From an uncultured Candidatus Peribacteria bacterium (lineage in GTDB: Bacteria > Patescibacteriota > Gracilibacteria > UBA1369 > UBA12470): a stretch of DNA of 64,000 bases. The stretch's first letter is position 1, and each line of letters opens with the position of its first letter. Where the stretch lies: assembly GCA_964344725.1 (NCBI GenBank), contig CAYFOI010000003.1, positions 1,520 to 65,519 on the forward strand. Reading direction: 5' to 3'. Positions 36,450-44,567 of this stretch are shown here, in pieces. The notes below the pieces were generated by a model, which saw only the letters and a program-made list of their open reading frames with translations, ran no database searches and was not told the origin of the DNA. The translations under genes were made by a program, and so were the position numbers.

Positions 36450-36513
36450 GGGAGTTTAGTTAGTAGTTGGTAGTTGTAGTTTGTAGTTACGGAGCGCTTT
36501 CGGCGCGGTTTAT

Positions 36514-36858
36514 TTATTTTTTAAGTTCTGATTCGAAAGCTTTGACGACTAAGTCGATAGCCTCTTTCTTTGAAGTTTCTGCTTTATCAGCCAAAGAACC
36601 AACCTCGCGTTCTACAGTTGCTAGCTTGGTTTTGAGGTCTTCACTGGCTTTTGATTTTGCTTCTTCGATTTTTTTATTGCCTGCTGAGCGGGCTTCTTCT
36701 TCAGATTGTTTTAGCTGCGTATTTTCCTTCTCGATTGTTTTTTCGATTTCTTTTCGGTTTTCTTCCTCTTTTTTAACTGTTTTTTGTCGTACTTTTTCTT
36801 CTGTTTGTTGAATTTGCATCAAAGGGTCGTCGTGTGTTGATGTGTCTTTTGTAGCCAT
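36514..36858 (-). CDS. Charged coiled-coil protein, probable V-type ATPase subunit G/H-like stalk component
   Basis: 114 aa, Lys/Glu-rich and helical. It is the first gene of the operon, directly upstream of subunit I, which is where the small stalk subunit sits in E. hirae and Thermus type operons. Confidence 0.45.
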   Translation of the reverse strand: MATKDTSTHDDPLMQIQQTEEKVRQKTVKKEEENRKEIEKTIEKENTQLKQSEEEARSAGNKKIEEAKSKASEDLKTKLATVEREVGSLADKAETSKKEAIDLVVKAFESELKK

Positions 36859-36935
36859 TAATAGATTTAGTTATTGGTTCTAATTTTAGAAAAAGGCTAC
36901 AGTATAGCCTTATATGCTTAATTTTAGCTTGAAGG

Positions 36936-36964
36936 ATTCTAAAATTGCCTTGAGAAAAAGTCAA
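36936..36964 (-). promoter_or_regulatory. Sigma70-like promoter of the V-ATPase operon (TTGACT-17-TAGAAT)
   Basis: On the minus strand, TTGACT is the reverse complement of 36959-36964, the spacer is 17 nt, and TAGAAT is the reverse complement of 36936-36941. It lies about 75 nt upstream of the first operon ATG. Confidence 0.6.
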
Positions 36965-37034
36965 TGCTAAAAGATTTTGAATTTCCTTGTGTGGAAGCCA
37001 GTTTTGTGGGGTTTTGTCATTGCATTGACACAAG

Positions 37035-37058
37035 ACAGGGGGGCTGAAGCCCCCCTGT
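37035..37058 (-). terminator. Strong GC hairpin after the 787-aa SLH gene (candidate terminator)
   Basis: ACAGGGGGGC-TGAA-GCCCCCCTGT forms a 10-bp stem. It starts 7 nt after the stop codon, but the U tract is weak (CTTGTGTC on the minus strand). Confidence 0.55.
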
Positions 37059-37064
37059 TGCACT

Positions 37065-39428
37065 TTAATTTGCCTGAATAATGTCCATCATTTTCTTGAT
37101 GAGCTTGGAGCTCTCTGCCCTGTTAATTGGCCTAGTAGGATCGAATGTTTCCATGTCTCCATCTTCGTTTATGAGCTTGTAGTAGTTAGCGGTCCATACT
37201 GCGTCGTAGTACCAACTATCTGCTTCTACGTCTGTGTATGCTAATTCACTTGTGCTTGTTTCTGTGCTTTCGTCAATTTCTATTAGAGCTATTGCTCGTG
37301 AAACCATTGTTATAGCTTCTGCTCTTGTTATGGATTCGTTTGGTTTGAAAAGAGTTCCATCTTCGTATCCTTCTGCTATACCAAGTTCTCTAGCTGTATA
37401 TACGTACTCTGCTGACCAGTCCCATGTGTTGACGTCTTCGAAATATCCTGAATTCCATGCGCAGTAGTATGCGTATTCACATGTGTCTGCGAAATAACCT
37501 TTTTCGTATAAAGTTTTCATGAGTATTGTGACGAATTCGGCTCTGGTTATCTCGTTTCCTGGCATGAATGTGCCGTCTGGGTATCCGTTGATTACTCCTT
37601 CTGTTGTTAGGTAATAAATATCGTCTCCGTACCATTCTTCTGCGTCTACGTCGTCGAATTCTTTGTGTGAATTTGCAATTACTTCGTAGCTTGCTGTTGT
37701 TTCTTCGTTTGTTTCTGTAAAGTAGTCGCCGATGTTCAGAAGCCCATCAAGATCGAGTCTTATTTCCATCTCGTTTTCTGAATAGTCGTTTGTTGAAAGT
37801 GATTTTGTAAAGAAAGCATCAAATAATGACACGAAGTCGTCTATTGATTCTTGTGCACTTTCAAATTCCGAGAATTCTTCTCCTGCTGCGTCTTCAATCT
37901 CGCTTAGAAGATCTTTAATATAGATTCCTGTATTTCCGAAGTCGAAATAGCCTATGCTTGTTGTGTTTTCGTTCTTTTGCAAAAACATTTCGTCGAATGT
38001 GTCATAGTTTGATAAGTCTTCGCCGTAGCTATCTTCTATGTTGGAGCTAGTTGAAAACAGCAGGATGTCATCGCCGGTTACCCCTATAGTTATCTCCATG
38101 TCGAAATAGCCTTCTGGCATGTGGATTGAGTATGGGTTTTCGGATTCGTTTTCACTGATGTCGATCTGGAAAGTTGTCATTGTCCCGCCTAGCATTTCTT
38201 CTTCGGCCTTTGTTATTGCGATTGTAAGGTCTTCCTCTGTTATTGTGTATGTGTTGTTTTCTTCCTCTGTGAATGACCATATGTAATCAACTAGTTTGCT
38301 TACTAGGGCTTCTGCTGCGGTTTCGTTTTCGTCTACGTCTGCCATTATTGTGAGTGTTGGAAGAGTTTCTTCACTATCTTGAATTAAAAACCCGAATCCT
38401 TGTTCTAGGGCTGTGAGAATTTCTGATTCTAGGTCGATTGAGGTCTCGTCGAATATTTCAGTTTCAATTTCGCTTACGTCTGATTCAGACAGGAATGACG
38501 AATTTTGTAATGTTTCCCAGCTTTCGCTTAAATTGAACATTTCAAAATACATCATTGGTCTTTCTGATGGCATGAATTCATATATAGAAGGAACTGCATT
38601 AGTGTCAGAATAGTCTATGCCAAGAGTTTCTAGTATGTCTTCGTTGTTTGAAGTGTAATTTTGCATTTTGAACCCTGTCGATGTCTTCTTCACGGACATT
38701 CCATAAGCCCACATAGATCCCATTATGCTCAAATCTTCATCGGCTGAGAAATATGTGTTGTAAACATAATCCATGTCGACATATAGGTCCCAAAAATTGT
38801 TTACTAGAAATTCATTTTCAGCTTCTTGGTAGTATTCGTTGCTTGAGAGAGAGTCGCTTTCGATCGCTAATATTTCTTCTAACCCTTCTTGGTAATCTTC
38901 TACGATTATGAGATGGCCATCCTTGTAGGAGAAGTATGCTGGTATTGATGAGTAGTATATAAGAGAGTCTCCATAGTCTATTTCGACGTAGTTTATTTCG
39001 TATTCGGAATCTGTTTCTGCTACTACTAAGTATTCCTGGAGGAGTGTTTCTAGCGTAGTGTAATCTTCTTCATCCATTTCGAGCATTATACACATGGCTT
39101 CGGTACTGTCGTCTAAAGGGAAGCTGCTTATCGATAGTTCGTTATCTGCGACATTTTCTTCTAAGAGCGTCATAATATCGTCGTAGTTTTCATACATGTA
39201 GCTTTCGAATTCGTCGCCTATCATGTCGGCGATCGATTCTACGAGGTATGTTTCGTATACCTCTTTAAGGGAGCTCCCTGCTGGTGTAGGGTTTAGTGTT
39301 GTGAGGAATATTGTGTCCTCTGGGAGCATGTTTGCTGCTTCGTTTGTTTCGGAGTTTGCAAAAGACGCTGCTGTTGATAGCCCAATTATGAGCAATATAC
39401 CCGCAGCTATGGTTGCCAGTTTTTTCAT
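37065..39428 (-). CDS. Secreted acidic protein with three C-terminal SLH domains (787 aa)
   Basis: Signal peptide MKKLATIAAGILLIIGLSTAASFA. Three SLH repeats are present (FDDVDAEEWYGDDIYYLTTEGVINGYPDGTFMPGNEITRAEF; FEDVNTWDWSAEYVYTARELGIAEGYEDGTLFKPNESITRAEA; YTDVEADSWYYDAVWTANYYKLI...). Confidence 0.85.
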   Translation of the reverse strand: MKKLATIAAGILLIIGLSTAASFANSETNEAANMLPEDTIFLTTLNPTPAGSSLKEVYETYLVESIADMIGDEFESYMYENYDDIMTLLEENVADNELSISSFPLDDSTEAMCIMLEMDEEDYTTLETLLQEYLVVAETDSEYEINYVEIDYGDSLIYYSSIPAYFSYKDGHLIIVEDYQEGLEEILAIESDSLSSNEYYQEAENEFLVNNFWDLYVDMDYVYNTYFSADEDLSIMGSMWAYGMSVKKTSTGFKMQNYTSNNEDILETLGIDYSDTNAVPSIYEFMPSERPMMYFEMFNLSESWETLQNSSFLSESDVSEIETEIFDETSIDLESEILTALEQGFGFLIQDSEETLPTLTIMADVDENETAAEALVSKLVDYIWSFTEEENNTYTITEEDLTIAITKAEEEMLGGTMTTFQIDISENESENPYSIHMPEGYFDMEITIGVTGDDILLFSTSSNIEDSYGEDLSNYDTFDEMFLQKNENTTSIGYFDFGNTGIYIKDLLSEIEDAAGEEFSEFESAQESIDDFVSLFDAFFTKSLSTNDYSENEMEIRLDLDGLLNIGDYFTETNEETTASYEVIANSHKEFDDVDAEEWYGDDIYYLTTEGVINGYPDGTFMPGNEITRAEFVTILMKTLYEKGYFADTCEYAYYCAWNSGYFEDVNTWDWSAEYVYTARELGIAEGYEDGTLFKPNESITRAEAITMVSRAIALIEIDESTETSTSELAYTDVEADSWYYDAVWTANYYKLINEDGDMETFDPTRPINRAESSKLIKKMMDIIQAN

Positions 39429-39443
39429 GTTGTGTATGAGTTA

Positions 39444-41531
39444 TTAATTTATGCGGCTGTCCAATGATATTACCTTTTTGGCGGTTTTGGCAATTTTCTT
39501 TGTTTTTAGGCGTGCTTCAGGTAGTGCGTATTCGGTGAAGCTGTTGAATCCGTCAGGTTCTTGGAATGGTGTTGTGCCTGGAGGTGGAAATGGGATTTTA
39601 TAAATTATCAATGTTTCTAGTGGACCAGGTGATAGCATTTGCCAGAATTTGTAGGTTCCGATAATTATTGTTGTGCTGGGTTTGTTTTCGCTTTTTAGTT
39701 TGATCTTGCCTATTCCGCCTGATGATCCTTGGGTTAAGACTGTGATGCCTTGGTCTTTTAATGGCAGGGCTAATTTGCTATGTAATATTGATGCTGTTCT
39801 TTGTGAATTTACGAGTATGAATGCGGGTTTTTCTAGCTCTTCTAAATTGCTTGAGAGGTAGTTGTCGGCGTTTTCTGTGAAAGCAGGGTCTTTTGGAGGT
39901 GGCAAGTCGATGGTTTCTATTTCCAGATTGTTTGATTCTGCTTCTACTGCGAAGTTTTTCGGCAGATTGAGGAGTCTTTTTATATAAAGTCCTTTAGGGG
40001 ATTCTTGAGCGTATGTTATTGATGTCCCGACGAGTGATAGCTTATCTGGCTTGTTCCAGATTTTTTCTGCTAAAAGTTCACCAATGTTTAATGGTGTGAT
40101 TTTTAGCAGCGGTGAGCCATTTTGCATAAGCATTATCTCTATTCGGAGGTTGAGTGAGCCGTTTTTGCTTTTATCCAAGAATTTCAGAAGTTTTTCTTCT
40201 TCGAATTCGGTACCTAAATCTGCTGCAATTTTTCCTGTGAGGTCTGCGATCTTTTGCCATTCGATTGTCGAGTAATGATACTGATTTAATTCAAGTGCAA
40301 ATTTGTCTCCATGTTTTTCGTACATTATTCCGATGTAGCCGAATAGAATGGTTAATTTCTCTTTTGTTTCTTGTGGGAGTTTTGAGTTTGCAAAGCGTTC
40401 TTCGAAGTAGCTTGCTGTGAAAGCTTGTTGTACGCTTCCATAAAACTCCTCGATGTTGTCTATGATTAGGTGTGTTTCTGTTAAATCTATTTGTTCTGAT
40501 TTTGCTAGTCGTCCGAGTGTGTGGTGGGAAAGGATTGTAGGATCGGAGGATTGGAGGATTTTTAGGGTTTCTGGTGGATAATTGGTGTGGCAGTAGTCGA
40601 ACCAAAGATTTTTGATGTTTTGGGGGAGGGTGATTTGAGTAGCTTGTAGCTGGTAGCTTGTAGGTTGTAGGGGGAGGATTTTTAGGGCGAAGACTGTTTC
40701 TTCTGCGGATAGTGAATCTTTTTTGAGTAGTTCTTTGAATAAATCTGAGTTTAGGTATTGGTTTGGATTTAAGATTGTCAGATTCTCTTGTTCTGTGGTT
40801 GCGATGATTATCTTTTGTTCTGGCTTCTCTGGTGTTATTTCTGCGGTTGTGTGTGGAGGGAGTTCTTGGAGGGTGTTAGCTTGTAGGTTGTAGGTTGTAG
40901 CTTGTAGGTTGTAGGTTGTAGCTTGTTGGGTTTGAGTATTTGGTATTTGGTGGTTTCGCAAGGAGTAAAGGAGGATGTCTTTCCAAGGGGACAGGGATTT
41001 TTCTAGGATTCCTCGGGTTTCTTCTGAATTGTTTTTTGAGAAATACATATCAAGAAGGAGGAATATGATTTCTATATTGTCGATTACGTCTTTTAGGGCG
41101 CGATGTTTTCCAGTTTCCTCAATTCCGAGTTTTTCTGCGATTATTTCTAGGCTGTATGATTTTTCTTTTGGGATAGCGATGTGGGCAATGTCCATTGAGT
41201 CGAGTCTTGTGTTGGGCAGATTGAAACCGTTTTCTTCGAGGAAAGTAATGTCGAAGCTGATGTTATGGCCCATGATTGGATAGTCTTTGATGAAATTCTG
41301 GAGCTCATCTTTGATTTCGTCTATTTGAGGTGCATCTTTGACGTCTTCGTTGGTGATTCCTGTTAGGTTTGTTACTAGGTTTGGGATTGTGACGCCTGGA
41401 TTTATAAAAGTTTCAAATTTGTCTTCTACTTGGCGTGTTTCTAGGTTTACCAAGGCTGCTCCGATCTCAATGATCTTGTCGTGTTCAGGGCTCAGGCCTG
41501 TGGTTTCTATGTCGAGGCAGATGATGTACAT
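39444..41531 (-). CDS. DnaQ-type 3'-5' exonuclease fused to a DinG-like C-terminal region (695 aa)
   Basis: The N-terminus has DEDDh exonuclease motifs (LDIETTGLSPEHDKIIEIGA; GHNISFDITFL; HRALKDV). The C-terminus resembles DinG helicase domain 2 (PAFILVNSQR..., IIIGTYKFWQMLS, LIIYKIPFPPPG). I could not find a Walker A motif. Two spacer-like word-repeat segments are embedded in frame. Confidence 0.7.
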   Translation of the reverse strand: MYIICLDIETTGLSPEHDKIIEIGAALVNLETRQVEDKFETFINPGVTIPNLVTNLTGITNEDVKDAPQIDEIKDELQNFIKDYPIMGHNISFDITFLEENGFNLPNTRLDSMDIAHIAIPKEKSYSLEIIAEKLGIEETGKHRALKDVIDNIEIIFLLLDMYFSKNNSEETRGILEKSLSPWKDILLYSLRNHQIPNTQTQQATTYNLQATTYNLQANTLQELPPHTTAEITPEKPEQKIIIATTEQENLTILNPNQYLNSDLFKELLKKDSLSAEETVFALKILPLQPTSYQLQATQITLPQNIKNLWFDYCHTNYPPETLKILQSSDPTILSHHTLGRLAKSEQIDLTETHLIIDNIEEFYGSVQQAFTASYFEERFANSKLPQETKEKLTILFGYIGIMYEKHGDKFALELNQYHYSTIEWQKIADLTGKIAADLGTEFEEEKLLKFLDKSKNGSLNLRIEIMLMQNGSPLLKITPLNIGELLAEKIWNKPDKLSLVGTSITYAQESPKGLYIKRLLNLPKNFAVEAESNNLEIETIDLPPPKDPAFTENADNYLSSNLEELEKPAFILVNSQRTASILHSKLALPLKDQGITVLTQGSSGGIGKIKLKSENKPSTTIIIGTYKFWQMLSPGPLETLIIYKIPFPPPGTTPFQEPDGFNSFTEYALPEARLKTKKIAKTAKKVISLDSRIN
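40877..40927 (-). repeat. In-frame 21-nt tandem repeat (about 2.4 copies) inside the DnaQ/DinG-like CDS
   Basis: The plus-strand unit is GCTTGTAGGTTGTAGGTTGTA. It encodes QATTYNL-QATTYNL-QA on the minus strand, using the same word vocabulary as the intergenic spacers. Confidence 0.85.
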
Positions 41532-41669
41532 GGGTAGGTAGTGTGTAGTATGTAATCCATAGTACGTAGTATATAGGGTGTAGGGTGTAGGGTGTAGGCT
41601 TTTTTGCTTTCGTATGCAAAAACAGCTTGGTTTTACAAGTTGGATTTTGTTCTAGGATATAATTCGTGA

Positions 41670-42986
41670 CTAAATAGTCGGTGTCGACTGTATTTCTTCG
41701 ATAAGGTCCATTAATTCGACTGTTATTCGGCATACGGCAGCTCTTGTTATGTTGTCTCCGCCTCCGAAGTCGCCGTTATCATATCCAGATAGTACTCCTC
41801 CTGTATATAGAGGCATGACGAATTCGTAATACCAATCGTCTTCTGTCATGTCTGAGAATGGGTTTTCCCAGCTGTCTTCGTCTCCAATGTAAAGTTCTGC
41901 GCTTGTTAGATCATCTACTCCTGAAGCTTTCATTAAGATTGTTGCAGCTTCAGCTCTGTTCACGTAATCTCCTGGGCCAAACGTGCCGTCTGGATATCCG
42001 TTGATGATGCCATAGTGATATGCTGAAACGACATAATCTTCGTACCATGATCCTGCTTCAATATCTGTTAAAACACCGTCTTCTACTTCGACTGATTCTG
42101 CGTCTAGTAGTTCGTATTCAAATGCTTCGACAGCAATTTTTGTTATAGCTGCTCTGGTGATGTAGTCGCCTGGTCCGAATAGGTCTGTTCCGTCATAGCC
42201 GCTTACTACGCCGCTTTCGGCTAATGTGGTGACGTATTCTTCGTACCAGCTTCCTTCCTCAACGTCGGAGAAGCTTATGTCTGTTGTATCTGTATCATCA
42301 TCGGTATCGTCATCATCCGTTGTCTCATCTTCTGGGCTAACTTCTTCTATGGTTATGGTTGTGTATCCGCTCATGTTTCCTGAGCTGTCTTCTGCTGATA
42401 ACTTAAATGTGTTTGAGTCGTTTTGTTGGAGGGTTACTTCGACTGAGAATGTCCCTTCTGAGTCTACAGTTGTTTCAACGCTGTCATCTCCGGTTACGAC
42501 TATTGTTGCGTTAGCTTCTGCTGTTCCTGTGATTGTTACTGTGTCTGCGTCTATAGGTGATTCGGTTTCGTCTACTTCTGGTGCGTCTGGAGCTGTTCGA
42601 TCAACTCCGTATGTTGATTCGTAAGTTTGAGCTTCTTCGGTGCTTTCGACTACTGTTACTACTACAGCTTCTGATGCGATGCCGTCGTCTCCTGTTGCAG
42701 TTATGCTAAAGCTATTGGTTGACTCCTGAGCTAGGCTAACAGTCTTCTCCCAATATCCATCTTCGTCTGCGTATGTTGGAGCGACCATAACGGATCCTCC
42801 TACGACTGAGACCATTGCTTCAGGTTCTGCGGTTCCTGTTAGTGTGATTTTTTCAGCGTCTACTGGTGATGGCGGGTCGTCGACTGTAGGTGTGTCAGTT
42901 GCACCTGCAATGAGGGTCATTGTTGTTACTACAATGATGCTTGCTGCTAGCACTGTTGCCATGATGTAGAGAGTGGTTTTTTTCAT
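41670..42986 (-). CDS. Secreted protein with two Ig-like domains and three C-terminal SLH domains (438 aa)
   Basis: Hydrophobic N-terminus MKKTTLYIMATVLAASIIVVTTMTLIAG. Two Ig-like repeats are present (ITLTGTAEPEAMVSVVGG...; VTITGTAEANATIVVTGDD...), separated from the SLH region by an acidic linker. The three SLH repeats include FSDVEEGSWYEEYVTTLAESGVVSGYDG..., LTDIEAGSWYEDYVVSAYHYGIINGYPDGTF... and FSDMTEDDWYYEFVMPLYTGGVLSGYDNG.... Confidence 0.85.
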   Translation of the reverse strand: MKKTTLYIMATVLAASIIVVTTMTLIAGATDTPTVDDPPSPVDAEKITLTGTAEPEAMVSVVGGSVMVAPTYADEDGYWEKTVSLAQESTNSFSITATGDDGIASEAVVVTVVESTEEAQTYESTYGVDRTAPDAPEVDETESPIDADTVTITGTAEANATIVVTGDDSVETTVDSEGTFSVEVTLQQNDSNTFKLSAEDSSGNMSGYTTITIEEVSPEDETTDDDDTDDDTDTTDISFSDVEEGSWYEEYVTTLAESGVVSGYDGTDLFGPGDYITRAAITKIAVEAFEYELLDAESVEVEDGVLTDIEAGSWYEDYVVSAYHYGIINGYPDGTFGPGDYVNRAEAATILMKASGVDDLTSAELYIGDEDSWENPFSDMTEDDWYYEFVMPLYTGGVLSGYDNGDFGGGDNITRAAVCRITVELMDLIEEIQSTPTI

Positions 42987-43059
42987 TTTTGTTTTTTGTT
43001 AGTGGGTAGTACGTAATTCGTAGTGTGTAGTGGCGGAGTCGCGCTTTTTGCGCGACGGT

Positions 43060-44127
43060 TTATAGTAGCTCAACGAACTGGTCGAACACAAATGATGTAT
43101 CTGTTGGGCCGGGAGTTGCCTCTGGGTGAAATTGGACCGAAAAGAAAGGTTTTTTCTTGTGCTTGATGCCTTCGACGGTGTTGTCGTTTTGATTTTTGAA
43201 CCATACTGACCACTCTTTTGGCATAGTTTTTTCATCGATGGCGAAGCCGTGATTTTGGCTAGTTATATAGCAGCGGCCTGTCTCTATGTCTGTGCATGGT
43301 TGATTTTGGGCGCGGTGTCCGTATTTGAGTTTGTAAGTTTTTGCTCCTGCTGCAATTCCCATGATTTGGCTGCCGAGGCAGATTCCGCATGTTGGGATTT
43401 CTCTTTCAAAGCATTTCTTCATTGTGTTGTGAGTTTCTTTCGGGAGCATGGGGTCGCCAGGTCCGTTTGAGAAAAAAACTCCATCAAATTTCATGTCTAG
43501 TTCGAATGGATCTTGGTCCCAAGGAATTCTTGTTACTGTGATATCGCGTTTCAAGAAGTCGCGGATTATATTTGCTTTGCAGCCTGTGTCGATGATCGCG
43601 ATGTGTTTTGGGCCGCGTTTGTAAGTTATCACTTCTTTTGTTGCGACTTCGTCTGCGATGTTTGTTGTGTCCGGGGAGATTACGGTTGTGTATTTTGGCG
43701 CTTTTGTCATTATTCGTCCTAGCATTGTCCCTTTCTCGCGTATTTTTTGGGTTAAAGCTCTTGTGTCGATGCCTGTTATTGCTGGGATTTTGTGCTTTTT
43801 TAGCCAGTCGCCGAGACTTTTCTCTGCATTCCAGTGGCTGAAATTTTCTGAGTACTCTGAGACTATCAGTGCGCGGATTTGAGGTCTTTCGCTCTCGAAC
43901 CATTTTGGCAATTTGTCTTCGTCGAAATCTTCTTTTGGAACCCCATAATTACCAACTAGAGGGTAGGTGAGTACAAGAATTTGTCCTCTATAAGAAGGAT
44001 CCGTGAGGCTCTCTGGGTATCCCATCATGCCTGTGTTGAATACGACTTCGCCTTCTGTGTCCAAATGCGCACCAAAAGATTGGCCGGTTAGTATGCGTCC
44101 GTCCTCTAATGCGAGTGAGATATCCAT
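43060..44127 (-). CDS. carA: Carbamoyl-phosphate synthase small (glutaminase) subunit
   Basis: Motifs VFNTGMMGYPESLTDPSYRGQILV, GICLGSQ (catalytic Cys), SQNHGFAIDE and VQFHPEA. No carB gene lies next to it in this window. Confidence 0.92.
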   Translation of the reverse strand: MDISLALEDGRILTGQSFGAHLDTEGEVVFNTGMMGYPESLTDPSYRGQILVLTYPLVGNYGVPKEDFDEDKLPKWFESERPQIRALIVSEYSENFSHWNAEKSLGDWLKKHKIPAITGIDTRALTQKIREKGTMLGRIMTKAPKYTTVISPDTTNIADEVATKEVITYKRGPKHIAIIDTGCKANIIRDFLKRDITVTRIPWDQDPFELDMKFDGVFFSNGPGDPMLPKETHNTMKKCFEREIPTCGICLGSQIMGIAAGAKTYKLKYGHRAQNQPCTDIETGRCYITSQNHGFAIDEKTMPKEWSVWFKNQNDNTVEGIKHKKKPFFSVQFHPEATPGPTDTSFVFDQFVELL

Positions 44128-44260
44128 AGGGTGTAGGGTATAGTAGTGGTAGTACGTAATCCGTAGTGTGTAGGGGGTAGGGAGCTTGTAGCTGGTAGCT
44201 TGTAGGTCCTAGTTCCCGATCATGTTTCAGTCTTTCGTATTGTAGCTAAAGTTTCCGAGA

Positions 44261-44289
44261 TTGCAATTTGTATTGAGATGTTTTATAAT
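44261..44289 (+). promoter_or_regulatory. Sigma70-like promoter (TTGCAA-17-TATAAT) upstream of the small ORF and pyrB
   Basis: TTGCAA at 44261-44266, a 17-nt spacer, and TATAAT at 44284-44289. It lies 22 nt upstream of the ATG at 44312. Confidence 0.55.
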
Positions 44290-44311
44290 TTTTTCTCTTT
44301 AAATTGTTCTT

Positions 44312-44518
44312 ATGAGCAGAGAAGTTCCAGACGTTTCTGAAAGGCCGGGTTGTCTAACGGTTTTAAAGAATTTAACTGATCCTAGATTTTGGGTTGAATT
44401 GTATCTTGATTTGTTTGCGTCTGATCTTGTTGAGAGACATGGTTATGAGGGGGCTTTGCGTATTATTGAAGAGCACCAGGTACAGCATCCGGGATGGTGG
44501 AATGATCGTTCTTTTTAG
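44312..44518 (+). CDS. Small hypothetical protein (68 aa) upstream of pyrB
   Basis: This ORF sits directly downstream of a good promoter and 49 nt upstream of pyrB. I see no recognisable motif. Confidence 0.4.
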   Translation: MSREVPDVSERPGCLTVLKNLTDPRFWVELYLDLFASDLVERHGYEGALRIIEEHQVQHPGWWNDRSF

Positions 44519-44567
44519 TTTTTTTGATTTTCTGTGGTAAATTTCTCTTAGTAAATAACCATAGATT

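Noticed and set aside
28399-44215. The short tandem word repeats in spacers (TAGTAGGT, TAGGGTG, TAGAATTC and similar) as a possible CRISPR array.
   Set aside because: The period is 7-21 nt with no unique spacers between constant repeats. The arrays are only 2-4 units long, and they sit between the stop and start codons of operon genes. No cas genes are present in the window.
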